Origin: an uncultured Anaerolineaceae bacterium
Lineage (GTDB): Bacteria > Chloroflexota > Anaerolineae > Anaerolineales > DRMV01
NCBI GenBank assembly: GCA_964446575.1
Contig: CAYUOX010000072.1
Span: forward strand, 3,327 to 67,326
Reading direction: 5' to 3'
DNA: 64,000 nt
Below, in pieces: positions 1 through 8,441 of this stretch. The position numbers and the translations under genes are program-made. A model generated the notes under the pieces. The model saw only the letters and a list, made by a program, of their open reading frames with translations. It was not told the DNA's origin and made no database searches. Numbering within the stretch: the first letter of the stretch is position 1; the number at the start of each line of letters is the position of its first letter.

Positions 1-216
1 CGTTGCCCCTCTGATATCCACGACCAACCTTGTCGGCAATGCGGGCCTACCGCTGGAGATTTCCATCTCTGGCGGCATCCGGTGTTGTTCCCAACTTCCC
101 TGATTCGGCCAAGCAAGATTTTTGTCAGATAATGGTGCGGATGCGCAAGCATCGTGCGAGGAAGGGGTAGGACGCCTGAAAGTCGAAAACCCCTTCTTTT
201 GTGCTACAGTATAAGC

Positions 217-551
217 GTCACAAGCAACCGTAGCCGACGAATCAGCCAATGCTTCCCAGAAAGGAGGTGAAACCGCATCAAACGATAAACCCTCGTTGCC
301 AAATCCCTGATTTAGAAGGAGGTGTTGGGCGAGCCACTTCAAGCGATGGAAATCGAACATCCAAGCCGTGAGGAGGCGTCATTGATGAGCATAACTTCCG
401 CATCATCCTTCTAAGTGAGGAGGTGTTGTTGACCCCGAATGGCCCCTGATTGGTCATCCCCCACGCAAGGAGGTGCTTATCGAGGAACATCCGTAGTTCT
501 TCTCCCCCTACCTCCCCAGCAAGCCGAGGCCGGCATGGCCTCGGCTTTTTG
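217..551 (+). ncRNA. Candidate ~330-nt non-coding RNA with five Shine-Dalgarno-complement boxes, ending in an intrinsic terminator
   Basis: No credible ORF. (A/G)AGGAGG(T/C)G boxes have GGAGG starting at 263, 318, 372, 419 and 469. Promoter-like TGcTACAGT/TATAAG at 202-215. CCTACCTCC at 507-515. Hairpin plus T-run at 521-551. The 5' end is a guess. Confidence 0.35.
521..551 (+). terminator. Intrinsic terminator
   Basis: AAGCCGAGGCC (521-531) pairs with GGCCTCGGCTT (537-547) around a 5-nt loop. The T-run extends to 550. Confidence 0.8.
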
Positions 552-560
552 TGTCCGCAG

Positions 561-566
561 TATAAT
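561..566 (+). promoter_or_regulatory. -10 box TATAAT upstream of cutA
   Basis: Consensus TATAAT lies 35 nt upstream of ATG 601. There is no convincing -35, because that position overlaps the terminator. Confidence 0.3.
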
Positions 567-600
567 GCGTGCGCGTAGCCTATATCCCGGAGGTTTGACC

Positions 601-942
601 ATGACCACGTTTATTCAGGTCTTCACCACGGTGGACGCGGAAGACAAGGCTCAGGAGTTGGCGCGCGCGGTGGTAGAGGCCCGACTCGCGGCATGTGCCC
701 AGATTTTGGGGCCGATGCACAGTGTGTATTGGTGGCAGGGCGCGGTGGAGCAAGCCCGCGAGTGGTTGCTGTTGTTCAAGAGTCGCGCGGATTTGTACCC
801 CGACCTTGAGGCTTTGTTGCGGCGCGTGCATCCTTATGACACGCCCGAGATCTTGGCGGTGCCAGTTACCGCGGGGCTGGATGCGTATTTGACTTGGATG
901 AATCGCGAGTTGCGCCCGCGTGGTGATGCCGCGCGCCTTTGA
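601..942 (+). CDS. cutA: Divalent-cation tolerance protein CutA1
   Basis: 113 aa. MTTFIQVFTTVDAEDKAQELARAVVEARLAACAQI...YWWQG...PYDTPEI is the CutA1 pattern. GGAGG at 589-593 sits 7 nt before the ATG. The ORF-track start at 439 is rejected because it reads through the terminator. Confidence 0.85.
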   Translation: MTTFIQVFTTVDAEDKAQELARAVVEARLAACAQILGPMHSVYWWQGAVEQAREWLLLFKSRADLYPDLEALLRRVHPYDTPEILAVPVTAGLDAYLTWMNRELRPRGDAARL

Positions 943-1055
943 ACCCCGCCGCGGTGGTATACTTGTCTCAGGTCGCGAGCCTGCCAAGGCCGACGCCGCG
1001 CGCGTCGGCCGCGACGCGTGACAGGCAGGCGAGTTTGCGCGGCCAGGAGATGACC

Positions 1056-1832
1056 ATGGCACGGACTCGATCCCAGCGCGGCGCGCGGGGGAGGTGGTGG
1101 GTCGCGTTAGCAGTGTTGGCCTTGCTGGGTGTCGCGGGCCTGTGGTGGTTCCGCCAACAGCAAGGCCCTGATGCCGCGACGCGTGCGGTGCTGGAACGCA
1201 TGTTGGATGGTTGGACCCGCTGGAACTCGGTGGCCGGGGAGGCTGTGGTGCTGTTCGTGGGCGACGACGGGCAGCAGCAGGGTTTTCGTGAGCGCTTCAT
1301 CGTGCAGAAGCCCTTTTTGGCCCGCTTTGAAGTCTTGGACCTGGACGCGCAGGTGGTGCAGGGCGTGTGGATGACCGATGGGGTGACCACGTACTTTTTC
1401 CAGCCAGGGCGGGGCTATAGCGAGGGCGATCTGCCCCAATATCTTGATAAGCGACAAGCCCAATTGCCCAAGACTTGGGGTGCCCTCAAGCGTGGCCAGG
1501 AAGTGCAGCATCCCTTCCAGGCCGAGATCCCCTCGCCCATTGCCCAGTTTTTGTTCCCCCTGACCTTTGTGCGTAAGGCCCCAGGCATTGAATATCGCTT
1601 GGAAGAGGAGAGCACGCTGCTGGAGCGGCCGGTGTGGATTTTGACCATTGTCGACGAAGAAAATCAAGCCGAAGAGCGGTTATGGGTGGACCAGGAGACG
1701 GGCGTGGTGCTGCGGTATGTGCAAATTCTGGCCGGTCAGCCTCGCGTGCGGTATGACGTGCTCATGTTCGTGGTCGACGAACCTTGGGACGAGGTGTGGT
1801 TTGCTCCCAAAGAAGGGCAAAGTATCGAGTAG
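1056..1832 (+). CDS. Membrane-anchored hypothetical protein, LolA/RseB/DUF4367-like fold suspected
   Basis: The N-terminus has a basic stretch followed by a hydrophobic helix (RWWVALAVLALLGVAGLWWF). AGGAG at 1045-1049 precedes ATG 1056. The family assignment rests on sequence feel only. Confidence 0.55.
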   Translation: MARTRSQRGARGRWWVALAVLALLGVAGLWWFRQQQGPDAATRAVLERMLDGWTRWNSVAGEAVVLFVGDDGQQQGFRERFIVQKPFLARFEVLDLDAQVVQGVWMTDGVTTYFFQPGRGYSEGDLPQYLDKRQAQLPKTWGALKRGQEVQHPFQAEIPSPIAQFLFPLTFVRKAPGIEYRLEEESTLLERPVWILTIVDEENQAEERLWVDQETGVVLRYVQILAGQPRVRYDVLMFVVDEPWDEVWFAPKEGQSIE

Positions 1833-1928
1833 CCTTTGAGAGGGTTTGGGGTTGTAATATATGGCTTTGAGCATAGGTGATATTCGGCATCTCATGGGCA
1901 TTTAAGGGTGGGCTGAAGCGGGCGTCCG

Positions 1929-1937
1929 TGGTAAAAT
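1929..1937 (+). promoter_or_regulatory. Extended -10 promoter candidate for the nuo cluster
   Basis: TGgTAAAAT lies about 55 nt upstream of the nuoA ATG. There is no clear -35. Confidence 0.3.
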
Positions 1938-1989
1938 GCGGAGCGTTCGCGCAGGCTGCCCGTAACTTTGTATGCCAGGAGCAAGGGCT

Positions 1990-2349
1990 ATGGATCCTAC
2001 CTGGGTGTTCATCGGCGTGTTCTTCGTGCTCGCGCCCTTGTTGGCCGCGGCGCCCATCGTCATTGGCCATTATCTGGGCCCGCACAAGCCCAATCCTATC
2101 AAAAACGACGTTTATGAGTGTGGTTTGAAGACCGTGGGCGACGCGTGGGTGCGCTTCAAGGTGCAGTATTATTTGTTCGCCCTGGTCTTTTTGATCTTTG
2201 ACGTCGAGTTGGTCTTCCTGTATCCGTGGGCGGTGGCGTATGATATGTTGCCCACCTTTGCCGTGTTGGAGGGCCTGCTCTTCATGATCATGTTGCTGGC
2301 CGCGCTGATTTACGCGTGGAAGCGCGAGGCGCTGGATTGGTACGATTAG
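1990..2349 (+). CDS. nuoA: NADH-quinone oxidoreductase subunit A
   Basis: 119 aa. YECG...FKVQYYLFALVFLIFDVELVFLYPWA is the NuoA/ND3 signature. AGGAG lies 8 nt upstream of ATG 1990. Confidence 0.9.
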   Translation: MDPTWVFIGVFFVLAPLLAAAPIVIGHYLGPHKPNPIKNDVYECGLKTVGDAWVRFKVQYYLFALVFLIFDVELVFLYPWAVAYDMLPTFAVLEGLLFMIMLLAALIYAWKREALDWYD

Positions 2350-2378
2350 GACGGATGGTCGCATTCCATCCGTCCTAA
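2346..2378 (+). promoter_or_regulatory. Perfect 13-bp stem-loop at the nuoA/nuoH junction
   Basis: TTAGGACGGATGG (2346-2358) pairs with CCATCCGTCCTAA (2366-2378) around a 7-nt loop. The left arm contains the nuoA TAG stop. The hairpin is followed by CTTTGTGG rather than a long T-run. Confidence 0.6.
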
Positions 2379-2405
2379 CTTTGTGGACGCCCGGAGGAAG
2401 GGTAA

Positions 2406-3626
2406 ATGGCCTTTCTGCAAGACCCTACCATCGTCGTCGAGTGGCTGCGTCAGTTGTTCTTAGGCTGGGGGCTGTCGCCGTCCCTGGCCAGTTTGCTGCT
2501 GTATGTGGTGGGCGCGCTGGCCTTGGCCACGGGCCCGCTGCTGTGGGTCATCTTCCTGATTTGGTTTGAGCGCAAGGCCGTGGCTCGCATCCAAGACCGC
2601 TTGGGCCCCAACCGGGTCGGGCCTTATGGCTTGCTGCAGCCTTTTGCCGATGTGCTCAAACTGCTGACCAAAGAAGACATCATCCCGGCCAAGGCCGACA
2701 AGGTGCTGTATTGGATGGCGCCGATTCTCTCGCTGGCCGGGGTGTTGCTGCTGTGGCCGGCCATCCCCTTGGGTAAGGGCATTGGCGGCAATGTGAATGT
2801 CGCGGTGCTGTATTTGGTCGCGGTGGGCACGCTGAGCACCTTCGCTATTTTGATCGCGGGTTGGTCGGCCAACAACAAATACGCGCTCTTGGGCGCGTTC
2901 CGCACCGTGGCCCAGATGATTTCCTACGAAGTGCCCATCGTGCTGGCCTTGCTGGTGCCGGTGTTGTTGGCCCGTAGCATGAACTTGCAAGACATCGTGG
3001 CCGCGCAAGATGTGTGGTTTGTGGTGGCCGCGCCCTTGGCCGCGCTGATTTTCTTCATCGCCAGCATCGCGGAGGTGGGGCGCACGCCTTTCGACCTGCT
3101 GGAAGCCGAGTCGGAGATCATCGCCGGCTTTCATATTGAATACTCGGGCATGAAGTTCGCCATGTTCTTCGCGGGCGAGTTCTTGCACGCGTTCACCACC
3201 GGCGTATTGGGCGCGGTGCTGTTTTTCGGCGGCTGGCGCGGGCCTGGCGCGGAGGCCTATCCCCTGCTGGGCTTGTTCTACTTGTGGCTCAAGGCTTTCT
3301 TGCTCTACTTCGTGATCGTCTGGATTCGGGGGAGTTTCCCGCGGGTGCGCATTGACCACTTGTTGGACTTTACATGGAAGTTCCTCACGCCGTTGGCGCT
3401 GGTCGTGCTCATGGTGACCGCGCTGCTGGACAAGGCGTTGGCGGCCGCGGGGCCGTGGGCTCGGGCGTTGGGCTTGCTGGTGGCCAATGGGCTGATTTGG
3501 CTGGTGGTCCAGCGCTGGCTGCGCGGGGTCGAGAAGCGCCTGGAGCCGCCCATGGTGGCCCAGCCCGGCCAGTACCCTGTGGCCCGGTACACACCGCCCG
3601 AGCCGCAGGCCGCGGAAGGCGACTGA
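2406..3626 (+). CDS. nuoH: NADH-quinone oxidoreductase subunit H
   Basis: 406 aa, polytopic. FERKAVARIQDRLGPNRVGPYGLLQPFADVLKLLTKED is the NuoH/ND1 signature. Confidence 0.95.
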   Translation: MAFLQDPTIVVEWLRQLFLGWGLSPSLASLLLYVVGALALATGPLLWVIFLIWFERKAVARIQDRLGPNRVGPYGLLQPFADVLKLLTKEDIIPAKADKVLYWMAPILSLAGVLLLWPAIPLGKGIGGNVNVAVLYLVAVGTLSTFAILIAGWSANNKYALLGAFRTVAQMISYEVPIVLALLVPVLLARSMNLQDIVAAQDVWFVVAAPLAALIFFIASIAEVGRTPFDLLEAESEIIAGFHIEYSGMKFAMFFAGEFLHAFTTGVLGAVLFFGGWRGPGAEAYPLLGLFYLWLKAFLLYFVIVWIRGSFPRVRIDHLLDFTWKFLTPLALVVLMVTALLDKALAAAGPWARALGLLVANGLIWLVVQRWLRGVEKRLEPPMVAQPGQYPVARYTPPEPQAAEGD

Positions 3627-3650
3627 GCCCCGTTTGAAGGAGAAACGCGC

Positions 3651-4181
3651 ATGGTCACGACCTTCGTTTTCGTGCTCACCGCTGCCGTGATGTTGGTGGC
3701 CGCGCTCATTGCCGTGCTCAAGGACAACTTGGTCCACGCGGCGATGGGGTTGGTGGTCACGCTCTTTGGCACCGCGGTGCTGTTCGTGCTGCTGGAATCG
3801 TACTTTTTGGCCGTGGCCCAAGTGGTCATCTACGTAGGGGCCATTGCCATTCTCATTGTCTTCTCCATCATGCTCACTCGTCGGGTGGGTGCCCATTGGG
3901 GGCGGCAGACCAACGCGACTTGGCCCTGGGCTTTGCTGACCGCGGGCGTGCTCACGGTGCTCTTCGCCCTGATGGTGCGAGGCTGGGATCCGGATGCCGT
4001 GTTGCCCGCGGCGGCCGGGGTGCCCGAGGACATCACCGCGCGCTTGGGCGCGGCGCTGGTCGACCCCAACGGCTACGTGGTGCCCTTTGAGGTCGCGTCG
4101 GTGCTGCTGTTGGCCGCGCTCATCGGCGCGGTGTATGTGGCCTGGGGCGGCCGCAAGGCCGGGAAGGAAACGCAAGGATAG
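3651..4181 (+). CDS. nuoJ: NADH-quinone oxidoreductase subunit J
   Basis: 176 aa. The NuoJ/ND6-like N-terminal helices are present (NLVHAAMGLVVTLFGTAVLFVLL...VVIYVGAIAILIVF). Confidence 0.9.
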   Translation: MVTTFVFVLTAAVMLVAALIAVLKDNLVHAAMGLVVTLFGTAVLFVLLESYFLAVAQVVIYVGAIAILIVFSIMLTRRVGAHWGRQTNATWPWALLTAGVLTVLFALMVRGWDPDAVLPAAAGVPEDITARLGAALVDPNGYVVPFEVASVLLLAALIGAVYVAWGGRKAGKETQG

Positions 4182-4196
4182 CCCTGGGAGGTCGGC

Positions 4197-4505
4197 ATGG
4201 TTCCTCTGTCGTGGTATCTCATCGTGGCCGCGCTGCTGTTCGGCATTGGTGTCTACGGCGTGTTGGCCCGTAAGAACGCGGTGGCCATTCTCATCGGCCT
4301 GGAGTTGATGTTCAACGCGGTGCTGGTGAACGTGCTGGCCTTTTGGCGCTACTTACAGCCCACTGGCACCGCGGGGTTGGTCTTCGCGGTGGTCATTTTC
4401 GCGGTGGCCGCGGCCGAGGTCGCCGTGGGCTTGGCGTTGTTCATCGCGGTGTACCGCCGTTTCGGTTCGTCGGACGTGGATGACATCAATCTGCTGAAGT
4501 GGTGA
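4197..4505 (+). CDS. nuoK: NADH-quinone oxidoreductase subunit K
   Basis: 102 aa with three transmembrane helices (TM). LIGLELMFNAV...AAAEVAVGLAL is the NuoK/ND4L pattern. Confidence 0.9.
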   Translation: MVPLSWYLIVAALLFGIGVYGVLARKNAVAILIGLELMFNAVLVNVLAFWRYLQPTGTAGLVFAVVIFAVAAAEVAVGLALFIAVYRRFGSSDVDDINLLKW

Positions 4506-4581
4506 GAGGGCCGGGCTGCCGCGCGGCAAGCGCTCGCACCGCCTGCGCCCCTATCTCGCACGCTTTCGTCGAGGAAGGCCT

Positions 4582-6768
4582 ATGGAGACCAAGATTCTGT
4601 GGCTGTTGCCCCTCTCGCCCTTGGTGGCTTTTGCCCTCATCGTGCTGTTCGCGCACCGCAACCGGGCGCTGAGCCATACCCTGGCGATTCTCAGCGTCGT
4701 GCTGTCGTGGGCGGGGAGCATGTTCGTATTTTGGCGCGCGCTGCAAGTGGGCGCCGAGCATTTGGCCGAAGAGCCTTTCCACAGTGTCATCAACTGGTTG
4801 CCCATCGGCAATGGCTTCTTCCGTTTGGGCGTGCAATTGGACCCCTTGGCCGCGATCGTGCTCTTCTTCGTGGCGTGGACCATTGTGATGATTTTCATCT
4901 ATTCGGTGGGATATCACAATTTCGGCCAGCCTGAGGGCGACCACGACGAAAAAGGCCTCCCACCCCATGGCGCTACGGTGGAGCATAACGGGCACAAACA
5001 TAAGGTGCCCTCTATTGAGCCCATGTATTCCCGTTTCTTCGCGTTCGTGTCGCTGTTCGCGTTTGGCATGTATTTGCTGGTGGTTAGCGACAACTTGCTC
5101 ACCCTGTTTGCGGGCTGGGAGATCATGGGCTTGTGCTCCTTCTTGCTCATTGGCTTTTGGTTCAAGAAGCCCTCGGCCCGCGACGCGGCCATCAAGGCCT
5201 TCATGACCACTCGGGTGGGCGATGTGTTCATGCTGTTGGGCATCGCGTACTTGTATACCCAAGTGGGTTCGCTGCGCTACGCAGACATTTTCAACCCCGA
5301 AACCCTGCACCACTTGGCCACACATCCGGCGCCGGTGCTGGGCATGTCGGCCGCGGGGCTGATTGGGTTACTGCTCTTCATCGGCACGGTGGGCAAATCG
5401 GCCCAGTGGCCGTTGCACGTGTGGTTGCCCGACGCGATGGAAGGCCCCACGCCGGTCTCGGCCATGATTCACGCCGCGACCATGGTCTCCGCGGGCGTGT
5501 ATTTGACCATTCGCATCTTCCCGCTGTTGGCCGCGGCTGGGCATGAGACCGCGTTCACATCGCCGATGCCCATCATTGCCTTTATCGGCGCGTTTACCGC
5601 GCTGTTCGCCGCCACCATCGCGGTGGCCCAAAACGACATCAAGCGGGTGTTGGCTTACTCCACCATCTCCCAGTTGGGGTACATGGTGGCCGCGGTGGGC
5701 ATTGGCGCCTATGTGGCGGCTGCGTTCCACTTGGTGACCCACGCGTTCTTCAAGGCCTTGCTGTTCTTGGGTTCGGGTTCGGTCATCCACGGCATGGAGC
5801 ACGGCGTGCTGCACACCGGGCAGCATATCGACCCGCAGAATATGTACAACATGGGCGGCTTGCGGCGCAAGATGCCCATCACGTTTTGGACCTTCCTCAT
5901 TGGCGGTTTCGCGCTCTCGGGCTTCCCCGTGGTGACCGCGGGCTTTTGGTCCAAAGATGAGATCTTGAGCGAAGCCTTTGGCTTGGGGCACATGGGCGTG
6001 TTTTGGACCCTGGCCATCGCCGCGTTCTTGACCGCGTTCTACACCATGCGGCAAATTACGCTCACGTTCTTGGGCCGCCCACGCACCGAGGCCGCGGCCC
6101 ACGCGCATGAAACACCCCTGACCATGACTGGCCCGTTGATGGTGTTGGCGGTGTTCGCGGTGGCCTTTGGCTGGCTGGGCGTGCCTGAGCACTTCCCGAT
6201 TTTGGGGCACATGTTGCCTGCCTGGTTCCAAGAGTGGGTGGGCGCGACCTTCCACGGCATCGTGCCCGAGCACGGCGAGTTGACCTTCTCCTACTTCCCG
6301 CTGACCGTGTCCTTGGTGGTGGCCTTGGGGGGGCTGCTGGTAGGTTGGCTGGTCTATCGCGGGGTGCAGCGGGCCGATCAGCCTGATCCCCTGGAGCGGG
6401 TGCTTGGCCCCATCTACGGCCTGTTAGAGAACAAGTATTACTTCGACGAACTGTACACCTACTTGCTGGTCAAGCCCGCCTATTGGTTCGGCGCGGTGTT
6501 CACCTTCCGCTGGATGGATCGCACCCTCATCGACAACAACTTGCACGCCATCGCGTATCTGTCTTGGCGCCTGGGGAACTTCTTGCGCAACCGCATTGAC
6601 TTGCCCATTGTCAACGGCCTGGGCGACGCGATCGCGGAAGGGACCAAGGGCGCCGGCCGGCTGTTGCGTGTGGTGCAGTCGGGCCGAGTGCAGCATTATA
6701 TGCTCATGGCCTTGGTCAATGCCGCGGCGTTGTTGGCGTTGGTGTACTACTTCGTCGCCCGTTCGTGA
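4582..6768 (+). CDS. nuoL: NADH-quinone oxidoreductase subunit L (unusually long, 728 aa)
   Basis: Antiporter-like core (GWEIMGLCSFLLIGFW, SAQWPLHVWLPDAMEGPTPVSA). The C-terminal lateral-helix region runs ENKYYFDELY...VNGLGD...LRVVQSGRVQHY. Confidence 0.95.
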   Translation: METKILWLLPLSPLVAFALIVLFAHRNRALSHTLAILSVVLSWAGSMFVFWRALQVGAEHLAEEPFHSVINWLPIGNGFFRLGVQLDPLAAIVLFFVAWTIVMIFIYSVGYHNFGQPEGDHDEKGLPPHGATVEHNGHKHKVPSIEPMYSRFFAFVSLFAFGMYLLVVSDNLLTLFAGWEIMGLCSFLLIGFWFKKPSARDAAIKAFMTTRVGDVFMLLGIAYLYTQVGSLRYADIFNPETLHHLATHPAPVLGMSAAGLIGLLLFIGTVGKSAQWPLHVWLPDAMEGPTPVSAMIHAATMVSAGVYLTIRIFPLLAAAGHETAFTSPMPIIAFIGAFTALFAATIAVAQNDIKRVLAYSTISQLGYMVAAVGIGAYVAAAFHLVTHAFFKALLFLGSGSVIHGMEHGVLHTGQHIDPQNMYNMGGLRRKMPITFWTFLIGGFALSGFPVVTAGFWSKDEILSEAFGLGHMGVFWTLAIAAFLTAFYTMRQITLTFLGRPRTEAAAHAHETPLTMTGPLMVLAVFAVAFGWLGVPEHFPILGHMLPAWFQEWVGATFHGIVPEHGELTFSYFPLTVSLVVALGGLLVGWLVYRGVQRADQPDPLERVLGPIYGLLENKYYFDELYTYLLVKPAYWFGAVFTFRWMDRTLIDNNLHAIAYLSWRLGNFLRNRIDLPIVNGLGDAIAEGTKGAGRLLRVVQSGRVQHYMLMALVNAAALLALVYYFVARS

Positions 6769-6816
6769 GGCGGACCCGGTGCCCGTCATCATTACCGCAG
6801 GGAGTGAAAGCAAGCC

Positions 6817-8355
6817 ATGGACTTCCTGACCAACCACTTGCTCACGCTGATTCTGTTCACGCCCCTTTTGGGCGCGGTGGTGCTGTGGTTCCTGCCCGAC
6901 GACAAGAAGACCCAACGTTGGGCCGGGTTCCTCTTCAGTTTGGTGCCTTTGGCCCTGACCTTGTGGCTGTGGGCCCGTTTCGATTTCGCCCGCGCGGCCG
7001 AATTCCAGTTCCAAGAACGGGCCGTGTGGTATGGCCCCATCAACGCCTCCTATCACTTGGGCGTGGATGGGGTGGCCTTGACCATGGTCCTGCTGACCAC
7101 GTTCTTGACGCCCTTGGCGTTGCTGGCCTCTTTCTCGGTGCAAGACCGGGTCAAGGTGTATTACATGCTCTTCCTCTTCCTCGAGACGGGCATGCTGGGC
7201 GTGTTTCTCTCCCTGGACTTGATGCTGTTCTTTGTGTTCTGGGAGATCGGCCTGGTGCCCATGTTCTTCCTCATCTTTCTGTGGGGCAGCCCCAAAGGGG
7301 AGCGGCATGTTTGGCCTGGCCTGACGGTGCCTTCGCGGGTGTATGCCGCGTTCAAGTTCATGATTTACACCATGGCCGGTTCGCTGGGGCTGTTGCTGGC
7401 CATCCAAATGCTGGGTGTGGTCACGGGCACGTTCGACCTGCCCACGGTCATCGAGCGGTGGAATCAAGCCTCGGGCACTATCTTGGGTTTTGAGGCCAGC
7501 ACCCTCAAGGCCATGGCCTTTTGGGCCTTTGCCATTGCCTTCGCGCTCAAAGTCCCGGTGTGGCCCTTCCACACCTGGTTGCCCGACGCCCACACCGAGG
7601 CGCCTACCGCGGGCTCTATGATCCTGGCTGGCGTGCTGCTGAAACTGGGCGCGTTCGGTTTCCTGCGCTTCGTGTTGCCCTTATATCCCGAACAGGCCAA
7701 GCAGTACGCGGCCGCGTTGGCCTTTATGGGCATGATGGCCATCATCTTCGGCGCGTTCGCGGCCTGGGGCCAAGAGGACTTCAAGCGCCTGGTGGCTTAC
7801 TCGTCGGTGAACCACATGGGTTTCGTGGTGCTGGCCATCGCCGCGGCCGCGTGGGCTGCTGGCACCGAGCACGCCAACATCGCGCTCAATGGCGCGGTGC
7901 TGCAAATGTTCAACCATGGCCTGACCGCGGCGGGCATGTTCTTCTTGGTCGGCGCCATTTACGAGCGCGCCCACACTCGGGAACTCAAGAAATTCGGCGG
8001 CTTGTTCGGCCACATTCCCGTGTATGCGGGGATGTTGGTGTTTACATCCATGGCCTCGCTGGGCTTGCCCGGCCTCAACAGTTTCGTGTCCGAATTCCTC
8101 ATCGTGCGAGGGGCGTGGCCGGTGTTCCAACTGTTCACCGCGCTGAGCATGATTGGCTTGCTCATCACCGGCGCCTACATTCTCAAGGGGATCAAGGATG
8201 TGCTCTTTGGGCCTTTGACCGAGTTGGCCGACCATCTGACCGATTTGACCCTGCGCGAAGTGTTGGTCATGGTGCCGCTCATGGCGCTGATGCTGATCTT
8301 GGGCGTGTGGCCCATGTGGTTACTGGAAGTCATCAATCGGGCCGTGGGCGGATAG
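6817..8355 (+). CDS. nuoM: NADH-quinone oxidoreductase subunit M (copy 1)
   Basis: 512 aa. YHLGVDGVALTMVLLT, FWEIGLVPMFFLI and HTWLPDAHTEAPTAGSMILAG are NuoM/ND4 motifs. Confidence 0.95.
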   Translation: MDFLTNHLLTLILFTPLLGAVVLWFLPDDKKTQRWAGFLFSLVPLALTLWLWARFDFARAAEFQFQERAVWYGPINASYHLGVDGVALTMVLLTTFLTPLALLASFSVQDRVKVYYMLFLFLETGMLGVFLSLDLMLFFVFWEIGLVPMFFLIFLWGSPKGERHVWPGLTVPSRVYAAFKFMIYTMAGSLGLLLAIQMLGVVTGTFDLPTVIERWNQASGTILGFEASTLKAMAFWAFAIAFALKVPVWPFHTWLPDAHTEAPTAGSMILAGVLLKLGAFGFLRFVLPLYPEQAKQYAAALAFMGMMAIIFGAFAAWGQEDFKRLVAYSSVNHMGFVVLAIAAAAWAAGTEHANIALNGAVLQMFNHGLTAAGMFFLVGAIYERAHTRELKKFGGLFGHIPVYAGMLVFTSMASLGLPGLNSFVSEFLIVRGAWPVFQLFTALSMIGLLITGAYILKGIKDVLFGPLTELADHLTDLTLREVLVMVPLMALMLILGVWPMWLLEVINRAVGG

Positions 8356-8441
8356 CCCAGCCCGCGGGGGCGTTCGCCCCAGGGCAGGCCTTTCCCGCCT
8401 GGGGATGACGCGAAGTCTCGACCTGACGAACGAGGTGCGCG

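Noticed and set aside
1-103. Possible 3' end of a + strand gene (frame 2, ...NLVGNAGLPLEISISGGIRCCSQLP stop at 101-103), or the 5' end of a minus-strand gene starting at 78.
   Set aside because: The fragment is too short, has no recognisable motif and has mediocre codon bias. I cannot decide between them from 100 nt.
120-135. A third promoter-like element, TTTTGTCAGATAATGG.
   Set aside because: It has no -35 and no TG extension, and nothing identifiable lies downstream before the better candidate at 202-215.
385-414. Nine-codon ATG micro-ORF (MSITSASSF) and other 3-8 codon frames behind the SD boxes, as real small-protein genes.
   Set aside because: Only one has an ATG at good spacing, two would need AUC starts, and the peptides share no similarity. 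I cannot support them as genes, but translation is kept as an alternative in the finding.
439-600. N-terminal extension of the cutA ORF (track start at 439).
   Set aside because: The extension reads through an SD box, the anti-SD-like box and the intrinsic terminator hairpin. ATG 601 has a proper GGAGG and gives a protein of normal CutA1 length.
2460-4175. 571-aa ORF on the minus strand, antisense to nuoH/nuoJ. Similar long antisense ORFs occur at 8586-10181, 29932-32016, 52918-53997, 54754-56127, 57779-59233, 59246-60733 and 62209-63957.
   Set aside because: These are typical GC-rich shadow frames. Their products are Arg/Gly/His/Gln-rich low-complexity sequence with no recognisable motif. 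The opposite strand encodes unmistakable conserved proteins.
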